From NCBI GenBank assembly GCA_019311115.1, contig JAFDDB010000003.1, forward strand, positions 11,852 through 75,851: a stretch of 64,000 nucleotides of DNA, read 5' to 3'. The notes beneath the pieces are model-generated. The model had not been told where the DNA came from and did no database searches. It saw nothing but the letters and a program-made list of their open reading frames with translations. Shown in pieces: positions 42,216-51,673 of this stretch (its first letter is position 1; each line of letters opens with the position of its first letter). The translations under genes and the position numbers were made by a program. Source of the stretch: Deltaproteobacteria bacterium. GTDB lineage: Bacteria; Myxococcota_A; UBA9160; SZUA-336.

Positions 42216-43685
42216 ATGCGCAACTCCCGCCCGGTTCGGATCGTCTGTACGGTCGGTCCCGCCTGCCGTGCGGCGGAGACCCTGGAGCGCATGCTCGACG
42301 CGGGCATGGACGTGGCGCGCATCAACTTCGCACACGGCTCCGCGGACGAGCACCGTGACACCGTGGCACAGCTCCGCCGGGCGGCCGCCGAGCGCGGGCG
42401 CCCGATCGCCATCCTGCAGGACCTGGCCGGGCCGAAGCTGCGGATCGGCGAGCTCGAGGCGCCGCTGACACTCCGCCCGGGAGACGCCGTCACGATCGCC
42501 TGCGACGCCAGCAAGGGCAGCGGCCGCACCCTGCCCGTCCCCGACCCCTGGCTCACGGACGAGGTCGGGCCGGGAGACCCCATCCTGATCGCGGACGGAC
42601 AGGTGGAGCTGCAGGTGCTCGAAATCTCCGGCCGCCAGATCCACTGCGGCGTGGTGGTCGGCGGCGAGGTCTCGAGCCGGAAGGGCATCAACGCGCCCGG
42701 CGGGCTGTCCGCGCGTCCCATCCTGGACGACGCGGACCGCGCGGCGCTCAGGCTCGGGGCGGAGCTCGAGATCGACTTCGTCGGCGTCTCGTACGTGCGC
42801 ACCGCCGAAGACCTGGCGCAGGTGCGGCTCGAGCTGCGCAGCCTCGGGCGGCCCACGCCGCTGGTCGCGAAGATCGAGACCGGGCTGGCGCTCGAGCATC
42901 TCGACGACATCCTGGCGCACACCGACGCCCTGATGATCGCGCGCGGCGACCTGTCGCTCGAGATCCCGTACGAGCGCGTCCCCATCGAGCAGAAGCGCAT
43001 CGTCGAGGCAGCGCGCCGGGCGGGCCGGCCCGTCATCACCGCGACGCAGATGCTGCAGTCGATGGTGAGCGCCTCGCGGCCCACGCGCGCCGAGGCCACC
43101 GACGTCGCCAATGCCGTGCTCGACGGGACCGACGCCGTCATGCTCTCGGACGAGACGGCCGTGGGCCGCGACCCGGTACGCGCCTGCAGGACGATGGCGC
43201 GCATCATCGAGGAGACCGCGTCCTCGGCGATCTTCAGTGGACACCTCGGCGGGCCGTCCGCGCCCTCTCCTGAAGGGCTCTCGCCCGAGCTGCGCGAGCT
43301 CGACGTGTTCGCCGCGGCGGCCGTGCGGACCGCGCGCGACGTCGGCGCGCGCGCGATCGTGACCTGGTCGCGCGGCGGCCTGGCTGCGCGCCTGCTGTCG
43401 CGCCAACGACCCGACGTACCGATCCTTGCGCCGACCCGCTTCGCGGACACCTGGCGCAAGCTCTCGCTTCCGTACGGAGTCGTGCCGGTGCTCTGCCCGC
43501 GGGGACGCATGACCCGCGAGCAGCTGGTGGGCGTGCTCGGACCGGTCGATGACCGCACGCTGCTGTTGGTGGTCGGACACGTGGCGGGGGAACGCAGGCG
43601 CATCCCGCGCATGGAGCTGGTCCGCGTGATCGACGCCCGGTCCTGGACCGAGGATCCGCGCGCCGCGGCAGGCAACTACGCATAG
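42216..43685 (+). CDS. pyk: Pyruvate kinase
   Basis: IVCTVGPA, RINFAHG, DLAGPK.R, AKIE, MIARGDL, ATQML.SM, DAVMLS.ETA.G. Confidence 0.96.
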   Translation: MRNSRPVRIVCTVGPACRAAETLERMLDAGMDVARINFAHGSADEHRDTVAQLRRAAAERGRPIAILQDLAGPKLRIGELEAPLTLRPGDAVTIACDASKGSGRTLPVPDPWLTDEVGPGDPILIADGQVELQVLEISGRQIHCGVVVGGEVSSRKGINAPGGLSARPILDDADRAALRLGAELEIDFVGVSYVRTAEDLAQVRLELRSLGRPTPLVAKIETGLALEHLDDILAHTDALMIARGDLSLEIPYERVPIEQKRIVEAARRAGRPVITATQMLQSMVSASRPTRAEATDVANAVLDGTDAVMLSDETAVGRDPVRACRTMARIIEETASSAIFSGHLGGPSAPSPEGLSPELRELDVFAAAAVRTARDVGARAIVTWSRGGLAARLLSRQRPDVPILAPTRFADTWRKLSLPYGVVPVLCPRGRMTREQLVGVLGPVDDRTLLLVVGHVAGERRRIPRMELVRVIDARSWTEDPRAAAGNYA

Positions 43686-43692
43686 TCCTCAA

Positions 43693-43715
43693 TTCCCGAC
43701 GTCCAAAGTCGGGAA
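43693..43715. promoter_or_regulatory. 8-7-8 inverted repeat, candidate Rrf2-family operator
   Basis: ttcccgac-gtccaaa-gtcgggaa directly upstream of the sulfite reductase promoter region. Confidence 0.5.
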
Positions 43716-43751
43716 ATCGACTCGAATTCAGGACCCTGCTACCGTGGAATC

Positions 43752-45545
43752 GTGACCACAGGCACCTCTCCCAAGCCCGCCAAGCCCGCAGTGAGCCTCT
43801 CGTCCGCCGACGTCTCGAAGATGTCGAAGAACGAGCGCCTCAAGGCGAACAGCGACGGCCTCTTCTGGGTCGCCGGCCGCGAGCGTCACTCGTTCGGTGA
43901 CGAACTCGACGCCATGACGCGCGGCGAGACCGACACGATCGGCGGCGATGCCAAGGAGCTGTCCAAGTTCTTCGGCATCTACAAGCAGCAGGAGCGGGTC
44001 GAGGGACGCAAGGTCGGCGCCCACTCCTTCATGCTGCGCCTGCGCGTGCCGGGCGGCGGAGAGTTCTCGCCCGCCCAGTGGAAGGCGGTCGACGAGGCCT
44101 CCGACCGCTTTGCAGACGGGACGCTGCGCATCACGACCCGGCAGGGCGTGCAGTTCCACCGCGTGCCGGGCCGCGAGCTCGGCGCGCTCGTGCGCTGGCT
44201 CAACCGCGAGTACGAGAACACCGGCTACGTCATGTCGAGCCTCGGCGCTTGCGGCGACGTGAACCGCAACACCATGTGCAGCCCGGTAGACGACCTCGTC
44301 GCCGACCGTCCCCTCCGGACGATCGACCTGGCTCACGAGATCGCGAGCGAGCTGGCGCCGGTCGCCGGAGGCGCGGCCTACCACCAGATCTTCATCGAGA
44401 ACCAGGAGTCGAAGCGCCTCGAGCCGGTAACGACCGACGAGCCGCTGTACGGCAAGCACTACCTGCCGCGCAAGTTCAAGGTCGGGTTCGCGCACCCGGG
44501 CGACAACTCGGCCGACATCCTGACGCAAGACGTCGGCTTCATGCCCATCGTGAACGGCGGCGCCGTGGGCGACGAGTACGACCTGTACAGCGGCGGCGGC
44601 CTCGGCGTGACGCACAACAACGAACAGACCGCCGCGCACCTGGGGCTCTACCTGGGACGCGTTCCCCGCGAGCAGGTCGTGGCGGTAACGCGCGCGCTCG
44701 CGGAGCTGCAACGCGACAACGGCGAGCGCAAGGATCGCCGGCAGGCGCGCTGGAAGTACACGATCCGCCGGCTCGGAATCGAGACCGTGCAGCGCGAACT
44801 GCGAGAGGGCTTCGGCATCCAGCTGAAGGACGCAAAGCCCGTGCCGTTGCCCCCGAACCGGTTCTTCCTGGGTTGGCACCGCGAGGCCGGTGAAGAGGAG
44901 CGCTACTGGCTCGGCGTCCCGGTGCTGAGCGGAAGGCTGCGGGACGACGGCCCGCGGCGGCAACGCAGCGCCGTGCGCGAGGCGGTTGCGGCACTCGGCG
45001 CCGGCGTGCGGCTGACGCCGAACCAGGACCTGCTGATCTGCCACGTCCCCGCGGCCGAGCGGGCGCGCGTCGAGGCGATCTTCGCCGACCACGGCGTGCC
45101 GTTGGACGCGCTGCCGCAGGTGGCGCGTCGGCAGGCGCTGGCCTGTCCGGCCAAGCCGACCTGCGGGCTGGCGATGACCGACGCCGAACTGTCCCTGCCC
45201 CGCTACCTGGACGAGATCGAGGCCGCGGGGTGCGGGGACGTCGACGTGGTGATCCGCATCTCCGGCTGCCCCAACTCCTGCTCGCGCCCGCCGAGCGCCG
45301 AGATCGGCATCGTCGGGTACGGCAAGAACGACCACGTGATCCAGGTCGGTGGCTCGCGCGAGGGAACGCGGCTGGGGCGCGTGCTCTACCCGCGTGTGCC
45401 CGAGGCCGACGTGAGCCGCGTGTTGATCGGGCTGCTGCGCGCGGTCCGCGACGAGAACCCCGCCGGACTCCCCGCGGGCGAGTACCTGCACGAGACGCCG
45501 CTCGACGAGCTTCGCGTTCGTGTCGGCTACCAGGGAGCGCAGTAG
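43752..45545 (+). CDS. Assimilatory sulfite reductase hemoprotein (CysI/Sir family)
   Basis: FMLRLR.PGG, TTRQ..QFH, ACGDVNRN, YLPRKFK, siroheme/4Fe-4S ligands ACPAKPTC and GCPNSC. Confidence 0.92.
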   Translation: MTTGTSPKPAKPAVSLSSADVSKMSKNERLKANSDGLFWVAGRERHSFGDELDAMTRGETDTIGGDAKELSKFFGIYKQQERVEGRKVGAHSFMLRLRVPGGGEFSPAQWKAVDEASDRFADGTLRITTRQGVQFHRVPGRELGALVRWLNREYENTGYVMSSLGACGDVNRNTMCSPVDDLVADRPLRTIDLAHEIASELAPVAGGAAYHQIFIENQESKRLEPVTTDEPLYGKHYLPRKFKVGFAHPGDNSADILTQDVGFMPIVNGGAVGDEYDLYSGGGLGVTHNNEQTAAHLGLYLGRVPREQVVAVTRALAELQRDNGERKDRRQARWKYTIRRLGIETVQRELREGFGIQLKDAKPVPLPPNRFFLGWHREAGEEERYWLGVPVLSGRLRDDGPRRQRSAVREAVAALGAGVRLTPNQDLLICHVPAAERARVEAIFADHGVPLDALPQVARRQALACPAKPTCGLAMTDAELSLPRYLDEIEAAGCGDVDVVIRISGCPNSCSRPPSAEIGIVGYGKNDHVIQVGGSREGTRLGRVLYPRVPEADVSRVLIGLLRAVRDENPAGLPAGEYLHETPLDELRVRVGYQGAQ

Positions 45546-46316
45546 ATGGCACAGGTCGAACTGGCATCGGACGGCGGGATCGCGACGATCACGCTCAACC
45601 GGCCGGACGCACTCAACTCCCTGTCGAGCTCGGTGCTCGGCGAACTCGACGACGTCGTCGGAACCGTCGAGTCGGACGCCGCAGTGCGCGGGGTCATCGT
45701 GACGGGTGCGGGGCGGGCGTTCGTCGCCGGCGCCGACATCGAGGAGATCTCGGGACTCGACGCGCAGACAGGACTCGCCTTCGCGCGCCGCGGGCAGGGC
45801 GTGTTCTCGCGCATCGAGCGGCTCGAAAAGCCCGTGGTCGCCGCAGTCAACGGTTTCGCGCTCGGCGGCGGCTGCGAACTGGCCATGGCCTGCCACATGC
45901 GCATCGCCTCATCGCGCGCCAAGTTCGGACAGCCCGAGGTCAAGCTCGGCATCCTGCCCGGCTTCGGCGGCACGCAGCGCCTGCCGCGGCTCGTCGGTCG
46001 CGGCGTGGCGACGCAGCTGATCCTGAGCGGCGACATCATCCGCGCCGACGAGGCGCTGCGCATCGGTCTGGTGAACGAGATCGCCGAGCCGGACGAGGTG
46101 CTCCCGCGTTCACGCGCGGTACTCGAGAGCATCCTCGCCATGGGCCCGGGCGCCGTAGCCGCGTCACTGATCGCCATTCGCGACGGGCTCGACCCGAGCC
46201 TGGCCGACGGACTCGAACTCGAAGCGCGGCTCTTCGCGCACGCCTGCGGAACTCCCGAGATGAAGGAAGGCACAGCCGCGTTCCTCGAGAAGCGCGACCC
46301 CAGCTTCTCGCGCTGA
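45546..46316 (+). CDS. Enoyl-CoA hydratase (crotonase, Crt-like)
   Basis: AFVAGADI, ALGGGCELA, GQPEVKLG..PGFGGTQRL. Confidence 0.93.
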   Translation: MAQVELASDGGIATITLNRPDALNSLSSSVLGELDDVVGTVESDAAVRGVIVTGAGRAFVAGADIEEISGLDAQTGLAFARRGQGVFSRIERLEKPVVAAVNGFALGGGCELAMACHMRIASSRAKFGQPEVKLGILPGFGGTQRLPRLVGRGVATQLILSGDIIRADEALRIGLVNEIAEPDEVLPRSRAVLESILAMGPGAVAASLIAIRDGLDPSLADGLELEARLFAHACGTPEMKEGTAAFLEKRDPSFSR

Positions 46317-46359
46317 TCGGGTGCCGCGGGTACCCTCCCCGCGGGGAGGGGGGATTCGC

Positions 46360-47679
46360 ATGAGCCAGCCGGCTTCGCGCGAGCAGTGGTCGAGCCGGCT
46401 CGGGTTCACGCTGGCCGCCGTAGGCTCCGCCGTCGGACTCGGGAACATGTGGCGGTTCTCGTACCTGACCGCCGAGAACGGCGGGGCGGCCTTCGTGCTG
46501 CTCTACGTCGGGTTCACGCTGCTGATCGGGCTGCCGGTCCTGCTCGCGGAGCTTGCACTCGGACGCGGCTCGGGGCGCAGCCCCATCCAGGCGCTGATGC
46601 ACTTCGGCGGTCCGCGCTGGATGCCGCTCGGCGGGCTCTTCGTCGCGGCGGGCTTCCTGATCCTCGCCTACTACAGCGTGATCGCGGGCTGGACCGCGCG
46701 CTACACGGTCGAGGCGATCTTCGTCGGCGTACCCGCCGACCCGGCTGCGCACTTCGGGGAGATCTCGTCCGGCGCGCAGGCGATCGGCTGGCACCTGCTC
46801 TTCATGGCGACGGTCGTGGTGATCGTCGCGGGCGGAGTACGCGCGGGCATCGAGCGCGTGTCGCTGGTGTTGATGCCGCTGCTCTTCGCCCTGGTCTGCG
46901 CTCTCGCCATCTATGCCGCTACGCTCGACGGCGCGAGCGAAGGCTACCGCTTCTACCTCGAGGTCGACTTCGACAAGCTGCGCAGCCTCGACGTGCTGCG
47001 CCAGGCCGCGGGCCAGGCGTTCTTCAGCCTGAGTCTCGGCATGGGCGCCATGCTGACCTACGCCAGCTACCTGTCGCGGCAGGAGCACCTGCCCAACGAG
47101 TCCGTCATCGTCGCCTTCGCCGACTTCGGCGTGGCGTTCGTGGCGGGTCTCGCGGTCTTCCCCTTGATCTTCGCGCTCGGGCTGCAGACGCAGGTCGGCG
47201 AGAGCACGGTGGGCGCGCTGTTCATCACGCTGCCGGGCGCATTCGCGGAGCTCGGCGGCGCGGGCCGCATCGTGGCGTTCGTGTTCTTCGCCGCGTTGCT
47301 CGTCGGCGCGCTCACGTCGGCCATCTCGCTGCTCGAGGTCGTGGTCTCGTCGGCCATCGACTCGTTCGGCTGGTCGCGCAAGGTCGCCGCGGTCGTGCTC
47401 GGGCTGGCGATCGCCCTGCTGGGGATTCCGCCGGCGATGGACACCGACATTCTCGGCTGGATGGACACCGTGGCCGGCAACCTCTTTCTCGTCTTCGGCG
47501 GGCTCATGCTCTCGCTCTTCGTCGGCTGGCGCATGCCCGACGCGATGGCACAGGTCACGCCCGGCGCGGAGGGCGTGCGCTGGTTCGGGCTGTGGCTCTG
47601 GCTGCTGCGCATCCCCGTCCCCCTGGCCCTGGCGGTCGTGCTCTGGCAGGGGCTCGTGCAGCTCGTTGCGGGCTCTTAG
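46360..47679 (+). CDS. NSS-family sodium-dependent transporter
   Basis: REQWSSRLGF..AAVGSAVGLGNMWRF, NGG.AF, QAFFSLSLG. Confidence 0.95.
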   Translation: MSQPASREQWSSRLGFTLAAVGSAVGLGNMWRFSYLTAENGGAAFVLLYVGFTLLIGLPVLLAELALGRGSGRSPIQALMHFGGPRWMPLGGLFVAAGFLILAYYSVIAGWTARYTVEAIFVGVPADPAAHFGEISSGAQAIGWHLLFMATVVVIVAGGVRAGIERVSLVLMPLLFALVCALAIYAATLDGASEGYRFYLEVDFDKLRSLDVLRQAAGQAFFSLSLGMGAMLTYASYLSRQEHLPNESVIVAFADFGVAFVAGLAVFPLIFALGLQTQVGESTVGALFITLPGAFAELGGAGRIVAFVFFAALLVGALTSAISLLEVVVSSAIDSFGWSRKVAAVVLGLAIALLGIPPAMDTDILGWMDTVAGNLFLVFGGLMLSLFVGWRMPDAMAQVTPGAEGVRWFGLWLWLLRIPVPLALAVVLWQGLVQLVAGS

Positions 47680-47793
47680 CCGCGCTCCGCGCGTTTCGGC
47701 GGCTCCGCGCCGAAGTCCTTGGCCAGCGGGCCGGTTCCTGAGACACTGGAGACTGACCGCACGGGTCCGGGGTACGCCCGGACGAGGGGAGCC

Positions 47794-48345
47794 ATGCCGA
47801 CCCGAGACGAAGTCCTCCCAGGCGACGAGGCGTACTACGACGACCGGAAGCCGAGCGACCGCGCCTTCGACGCGAGCCTGCTGGGCCAGTCGCTGAAGAC
47901 GCTGCCGGCGCGGCGCCCGCTCGTGCACGCACCGACCGACAGCGTCACCGATGCGATCCGCGCCATGCAACGCGAGCAGCGCGGCTGCGTGCTGGTCACG
48001 GGCGATGGAACCGCGGGGACGCCGCTGCTCGGGATCTTCAGCGAACGCGACGTGCTCTTCCGGATCGTCGACCGCGGACGCAACCCGGCCACCCTGCCGC
48101 TCTCCGAGGTGATGACGACCGAGCCGGAGTCGCTTCCCGAAGAGGCGAGCATCGCCTATGTGCTCAACAAGATGGCCGTCGGCGGCTTCCGCCACGTGCC
48201 GGTCGTGGACTCGAAGGGGTGTCCCGTGTTCGTGGTCTCGGTGCGGGACGTGGTCGAGTTCCTGGTGGAGTTCTTTCCCGGCGAGGTCCTGAACCTGCCG
48301 CCGGAGTTCGGCGCGCCCCGGTCCTTGGAGCCCGAAGGCGCCTAG
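47794..48345 (+). CDS. CBS-domain protein
   Basis: GIFSERD, VMT..P, FRHVPVVD tandem CBS pair. Confidence 0.88.
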   Translation: MPTRDEVLPGDEAYYDDRKPSDRAFDASLLGQSLKTLPARRPLVHAPTDSVTDAIRAMQREQRGCVLVTGDGTAGTPLLGIFSERDVLFRIVDRGRNPATLPLSEVMTTEPESLPEEASIAYVLNKMAVGGFRHVPVVDSKGCPVFVVSVRDVVEFLVEFFPGEVLNLPPEFGAPRSLEPEGA

Positions 48346-48348
48346 CTT

Positions 48349-49890
48349 CTAGATCCGGGCTTCGATCAGGTGGGGCCCGGGTTCGGCCAGGGCCCGTTGC
48401 AGCTCTCGGACGAGGTCTTCGGCGGTCTCGACCGCCGCCCCGGGCACGCCCATGCCCTTTGCCAGCGCGACCCAGTCCAGCGCGGGGTCGGCCAGGGAGG
48501 TCAGGGACTGGGCTTGCGGGCCGGGTTGGGAGATGTCGGCCCGGGCAAGCTCCACCCGCAGGATGCGGTACTCGCGGTTGGCGCAGATGACCGTGGTCAC
48601 GTCGAGTCCCTCGCGCGCCTGGGTCCAGAGGGACTGCAGCGTGTACATGCCGCTGCCATCGGCCTGGAAGGCGATGACCGGGCGGTCCGGACAGGCCACG
48701 GCCGCACCGGTGGCGCAGGGCAGTCCCTGGCCGATCGCTCCTCCCGTCAGCCCCAGGTAGTCGTGCGGCGGGCACGCCGACGACGCGACCCAGTAGGGAA
48801 AGCCGGTCGTCGCGGCCTCGTCCATCACGATCGCCCCGTCGGGCTGCACCGCCGCCAGCGCGGCGCCGACACTGCCAGGGTCGAGGGCGCCCTGTGGCGC
48901 CGCTGGACGGGACGCGGACGCTGCGGCTACGGGCGCGGCGCCGCGGAGCCGCTCGGCCAGGGCCTCCAGCGCCGCGGCGACGTCTTCGTCGGGCGTCGCG
49001 AGCGCGTGCAGCGCACAGCCTTCGGGCACGACGCGGCCGTCCTGCCCGGGGTAGCCGAAGAACGCGACCGGCTCGACGGTCCCGACGAGTACCAGGTGCG
49101 CGAACCGCGAGAGCAGGTCGTTCGCCTGCTCCGGGAAGTAGGGGATCTTGGCGACCTCGGGGAGTCCGGCACCGCGCTCGACGCGCGAGATGAAGGTGTC
49201 CGAGAGCAGCACCGCACCGGAAGCCGCGGCCACGCGTGCGGCCGCGCGCAGACCGCGGGCGCGCAGGCCGGCGCCGCCGAGCAGCAGCGCGGCCGGTGCG
49301 TCGCCCGACAGGATCTGGGCGACGCTCTCGATCGCGGCGTCGGCCGGCACGGGCGGCGACGGCGGCGCGGCGCGCGCGGCCGCGTCCGGGATCGCGTCCC
49401 ACGCGCACTCACCGGGAACGATCAGCGTCGCGACGCCACTGCGCAGCGCGCGCGCCGCCGCGATCCCGTCCGCCGCGTCACCGGGCAGCGACTTGGCGGT
49501 CTGCACGCGCCGCACCCACTTCGACACCGGCCAGGCGAGTGACTCGATGTCCGAGGTGAGTGGAGCGTCGTTCTGCAGGTGCCAGGTGGGATGGTCCCCG
49601 ATCACCGCCAGCACGGGCGTTCCCGCGCGCCGTGCGTTGTGCAGGTTCGCGATGCCGTTGGCGTGACCCGGTCCCAGGTGCAGCAAGGTCATGGCCGGCT
49701 TGTCGGCCATGCGGCCGTAGCCGTCGGCTGCGCCCGTCGCCACGCCCTCGAAGAGCGTCAGCACGGCGCGCATGCCGGGCACGCTGTCGAGCGCGCCGAC
49801 CATCTGCATCTCGGTCGTTCCCGGGTTGGCAAAGCAGACCTCGACACCGGAGGCGACTGCGGAGGCGATCAGGCCCTCGGCGCCGTTCAT
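48349..49890 (-). CDS. ThDP-dependent enzyme (acetolactate synthase large subunit-like)
   Basis: CFANPGTTE, LFEGVATGAADGY, LHLGPG, ADGSGMYT...N. Confidence 0.9.
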   Translation of the reverse strand: MNGAEGLIASAVASGVEVCFANPGTTEMQMVGALDSVPGMRAVLTLFEGVATGAADGYGRMADKPAMTLLHLGPGHANGIANLHNARRAGTPVLAVIGDHPTWHLQNDAPLTSDIESLAWPVSKWVRRVQTAKSLPGDAADGIAAARALRSGVATLIVPGECAWDAIPDAAARAAPPSPPVPADAAIESVAQILSGDAPAALLLGGAGLRARGLRAAARVAAASGAVLLSDTFISRVERGAGLPEVAKIPYFPEQANDLLSRFAHLVLVGTVEPVAFFGYPGQDGRVVPEGCALHALATPDEDVAAALEALAERLRGAAPVAAASASRPAAPQGALDPGSVGAALAAVQPDGAIVMDEAATTGFPYWVASSACPPHDYLGLTGGAIGQGLPCATGAAVACPDRPVIAFQADGSGMYTLQSLWTQAREGLDVTTVICANREYRILRVELARADISQPGPQAQSLTSLADPALDWVALAKGMGVPGAAVETAEDLVRELQRALAEPGPHLIEARI

Positions 49891-50438
49891 GCCGAGCCCT
49901 GCCGCACCAGCTCGTCGAGCGGCACCCCCGCCTGGTACTTGCCGAGCAGCTTCTCCGGGTCGTACTCGACACCGACCGGGTTCCGGGCGAACGCGCCGCC
50001 CGAGAAGAACTCATCCAGCTCCTGCGCAGTAGAGAAGTTGTCGTGCTGCAGCTCGACCTGGTTCCCGTCGGGGTCGCGGAAGTACATCGACGTCGTCGGC
50101 CCGTGGTTGATGCACCAGTACGGCTCGATGCCTCCGCTCTTGAGCCGCTCGTACGTGTGGAGCAGGTCGCCGAGCGACCCGTAGGTGTAGGCGATGTGGT
50201 CCACGCCGACGGAGCGGTCGGGCGGCTCCTCGAGTCCGGGCATCCGCGCGATCGCGAGCCTGTGGTGCTCGTCGTCGTAGGTCAGGAAGGCGATGAAGTC
50301 GTTCTCGAAGACCGTCGCCGGCTGGAGCAGAGTGCGCCACCAGGCGAGCAGCTCTGGAAAGCGCTTCGTCCGCAGCACGACGTGCGCGAACTTGCTGGGC
50401 GAGACCGGCTCGCTCCTCTCGGTCGAACGTGGGGACAT
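49887..50438 (-). CDS. VOC/glyoxalase-family protein
   Basis: AHVVLRT, DDEHHR, DHIAY, NHGPTTSMYFRDPDGN.VE. Confidence 0.9.
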   Translation of the reverse strand: MSPRSTERSEPVSPSKFAHVVLRTKRFPELLAWWRTLLQPATVFENDFIAFLTYDDEHHRLAIARMPGLEEPPDRSVGVDHIAYTYGSLGDLLHTYERLKSGGIEPYWCINHGPTTSMYFRDPDGNQVELQHDNFSTAQELDEFFSGGAFARNPVGVEYDPEKLLGKYQAGVPLDELVRQGSA

Positions 50439-50510
50439 CGGGTCCTCCCATTGGTCGGGCGTTGCCGGGCATTATACGGGCGCGGAAGGCGCGCTAGAAT
50501 CGGAAGCTTC

Positions 50511-50963
50511 ATGGCCTCGGACCTGGTACAGATCGGCAGCTTTCCCACCCCGGTCGCCGCGGAACTCGCCCGCGCGCGGCTCGCGGCCGAGGGCATCCGC
50601 GCCTTCCTGACCAACGAGATCGGCAGCAGCGCGGGTGGCGGAGGGGTCGGTCTCCAGGTCGCGGCCCTGGACGCGGACCGGGCCCTGGCGCTGCTCGCCT
50701 CGCCCGGAAGCGCCGCCGAACCGCGCAAGGACGAAGCCGCGGTGATGCGCTGCGTGATGTGCCGTTCTGCCGAGCTGGAGCGCGTCGACTGGCCGCTGCC
50801 GCTCCGCATCCTGCGCGCGATCTTCTTGATGGCCGTGCCGCTGCCTCCCGAGTGGTTCGGCGGGTCCCGGGTGCGTTGCCGGGTCTGCGGCCACGAGAGC
50901 GCCCTCCAGCGAGAAGGGCAGCCAGGACCGGGCGAAACCCCGCCGGATGCGCGGCATCCATGA
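50511..50963 (+). CDS. DUF2007-like protein with two CxxC motifs
   Basis: F....AELARARL.AEGI.A N-domain; CVMC and CRVC flank a hydrophobic segment. Confidence 0.7.
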   Translation: MASDLVQIGSFPTPVAAELARARLAAEGIRAFLTNEIGSSAGGGGVGLQVAALDADRALALLASPGSAAEPRKDEAAVMRCVMCRSAELERVDWPLPLRILRAIFLMAVPLPPEWFGGSRVRCRVCGHESALQREGQPGPGETPPDARHP

Positions 50964-50985
50964 TGCTGTCGAGGAGGAACGTCCG

Positions 50986-51594
50986 ATGATCGTGCTCCAC
51001 ACCGCCGCCACGCCGAACGGCCGCAAGATCTCCATCGCGCTCGAGGAGCTCGACCTCCCCTACGAGGTGCGCTCCGTCAACCTGGGAGAAGAGGCGCAGC
51101 TCCGTCCCGAGTTCCTGGCGCTGAACCCGAACCACAAGATCCCGGTCCTCGAGGACGACGGCCTCGTCATCTGGGAGTCGGGCGCCATCCTGCTGCACCT
51201 GGCCGAGAAGTACGGCGGGCTGCTGCCGAAGGACCCGGCCGGACGCATGGCCGCCATCCAGTACGCGTTCTTCCAGACCGGCGGGATCGGGCCGAACCTG
51301 GGTCGCCTCGCGGCCCAGATCCGGCGTCCCGAGGCAGAGCGCAACCAGGAGATGATCGAGATCTTCAGCGGCGAGATGGACCGTCTGCTCGGCGTGCTCG
51401 ACCGCATCCTCGAGGACGGGCGCGAGTATCTCGCGGGCGAGTACTCGATCGGCGACATCATGCACGTGGGCTGGCTGCATCCCATGCTGAACCTGAAGGC
51501 GCCCATGCTGATGAACCGGCCGCGCGTCGTGGACTGGCTCGAGCGCATCATCGCGCGGCCCGCGGTGCAACGAGGGCTCGCCGTCCCGTCTTGA
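50986..51594 (+). CDS. Glutathione S-transferase (YfcG/Ure2-like)
   Basis: TPNG.K, NPNHKIP, ESGAIL, YSIGDI; GAGGAGG RBS. Confidence 0.93.
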   Translation: MIVLHTAATPNGRKISIALEELDLPYEVRSVNLGEEAQLRPEFLALNPNHKIPVLEDDGLVIWESGAILLHLAEKYGGLLPKDPAGRMAAIQYAFFQTGGIGPNLGRLAAQIRRPEAERNQEMIEIFSGEMDRLLGVLDRILEDGREYLAGEYSIGDIMHVGWLHPMLNLKAPMLMNRPRVVDWLERIIARPAVQRGLAVPS

Positions 51595-51669
51595 ACGGTC
51601 GCAGCGCCGTCTTGAACGGTCGCAGCGCCGTCTTGAACCGCAGCAGCGCCGGGTCGAACCGTCGCGGCG
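51586..51669. repeat. 21-bp tandem repeat x4 (2 identical, 2 degenerate)
   Basis: Unit ccgtcttgaacggtcgcagcg starts at 51586, 51607, 51628 and 51649. Confidence 0.9.
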
Positions 51670-51673
51670 CCGA

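Noticed and set aside
51586-51669. Possible CRISPR array
   Set aside because: Head-to-tail tandem units with no spacers.
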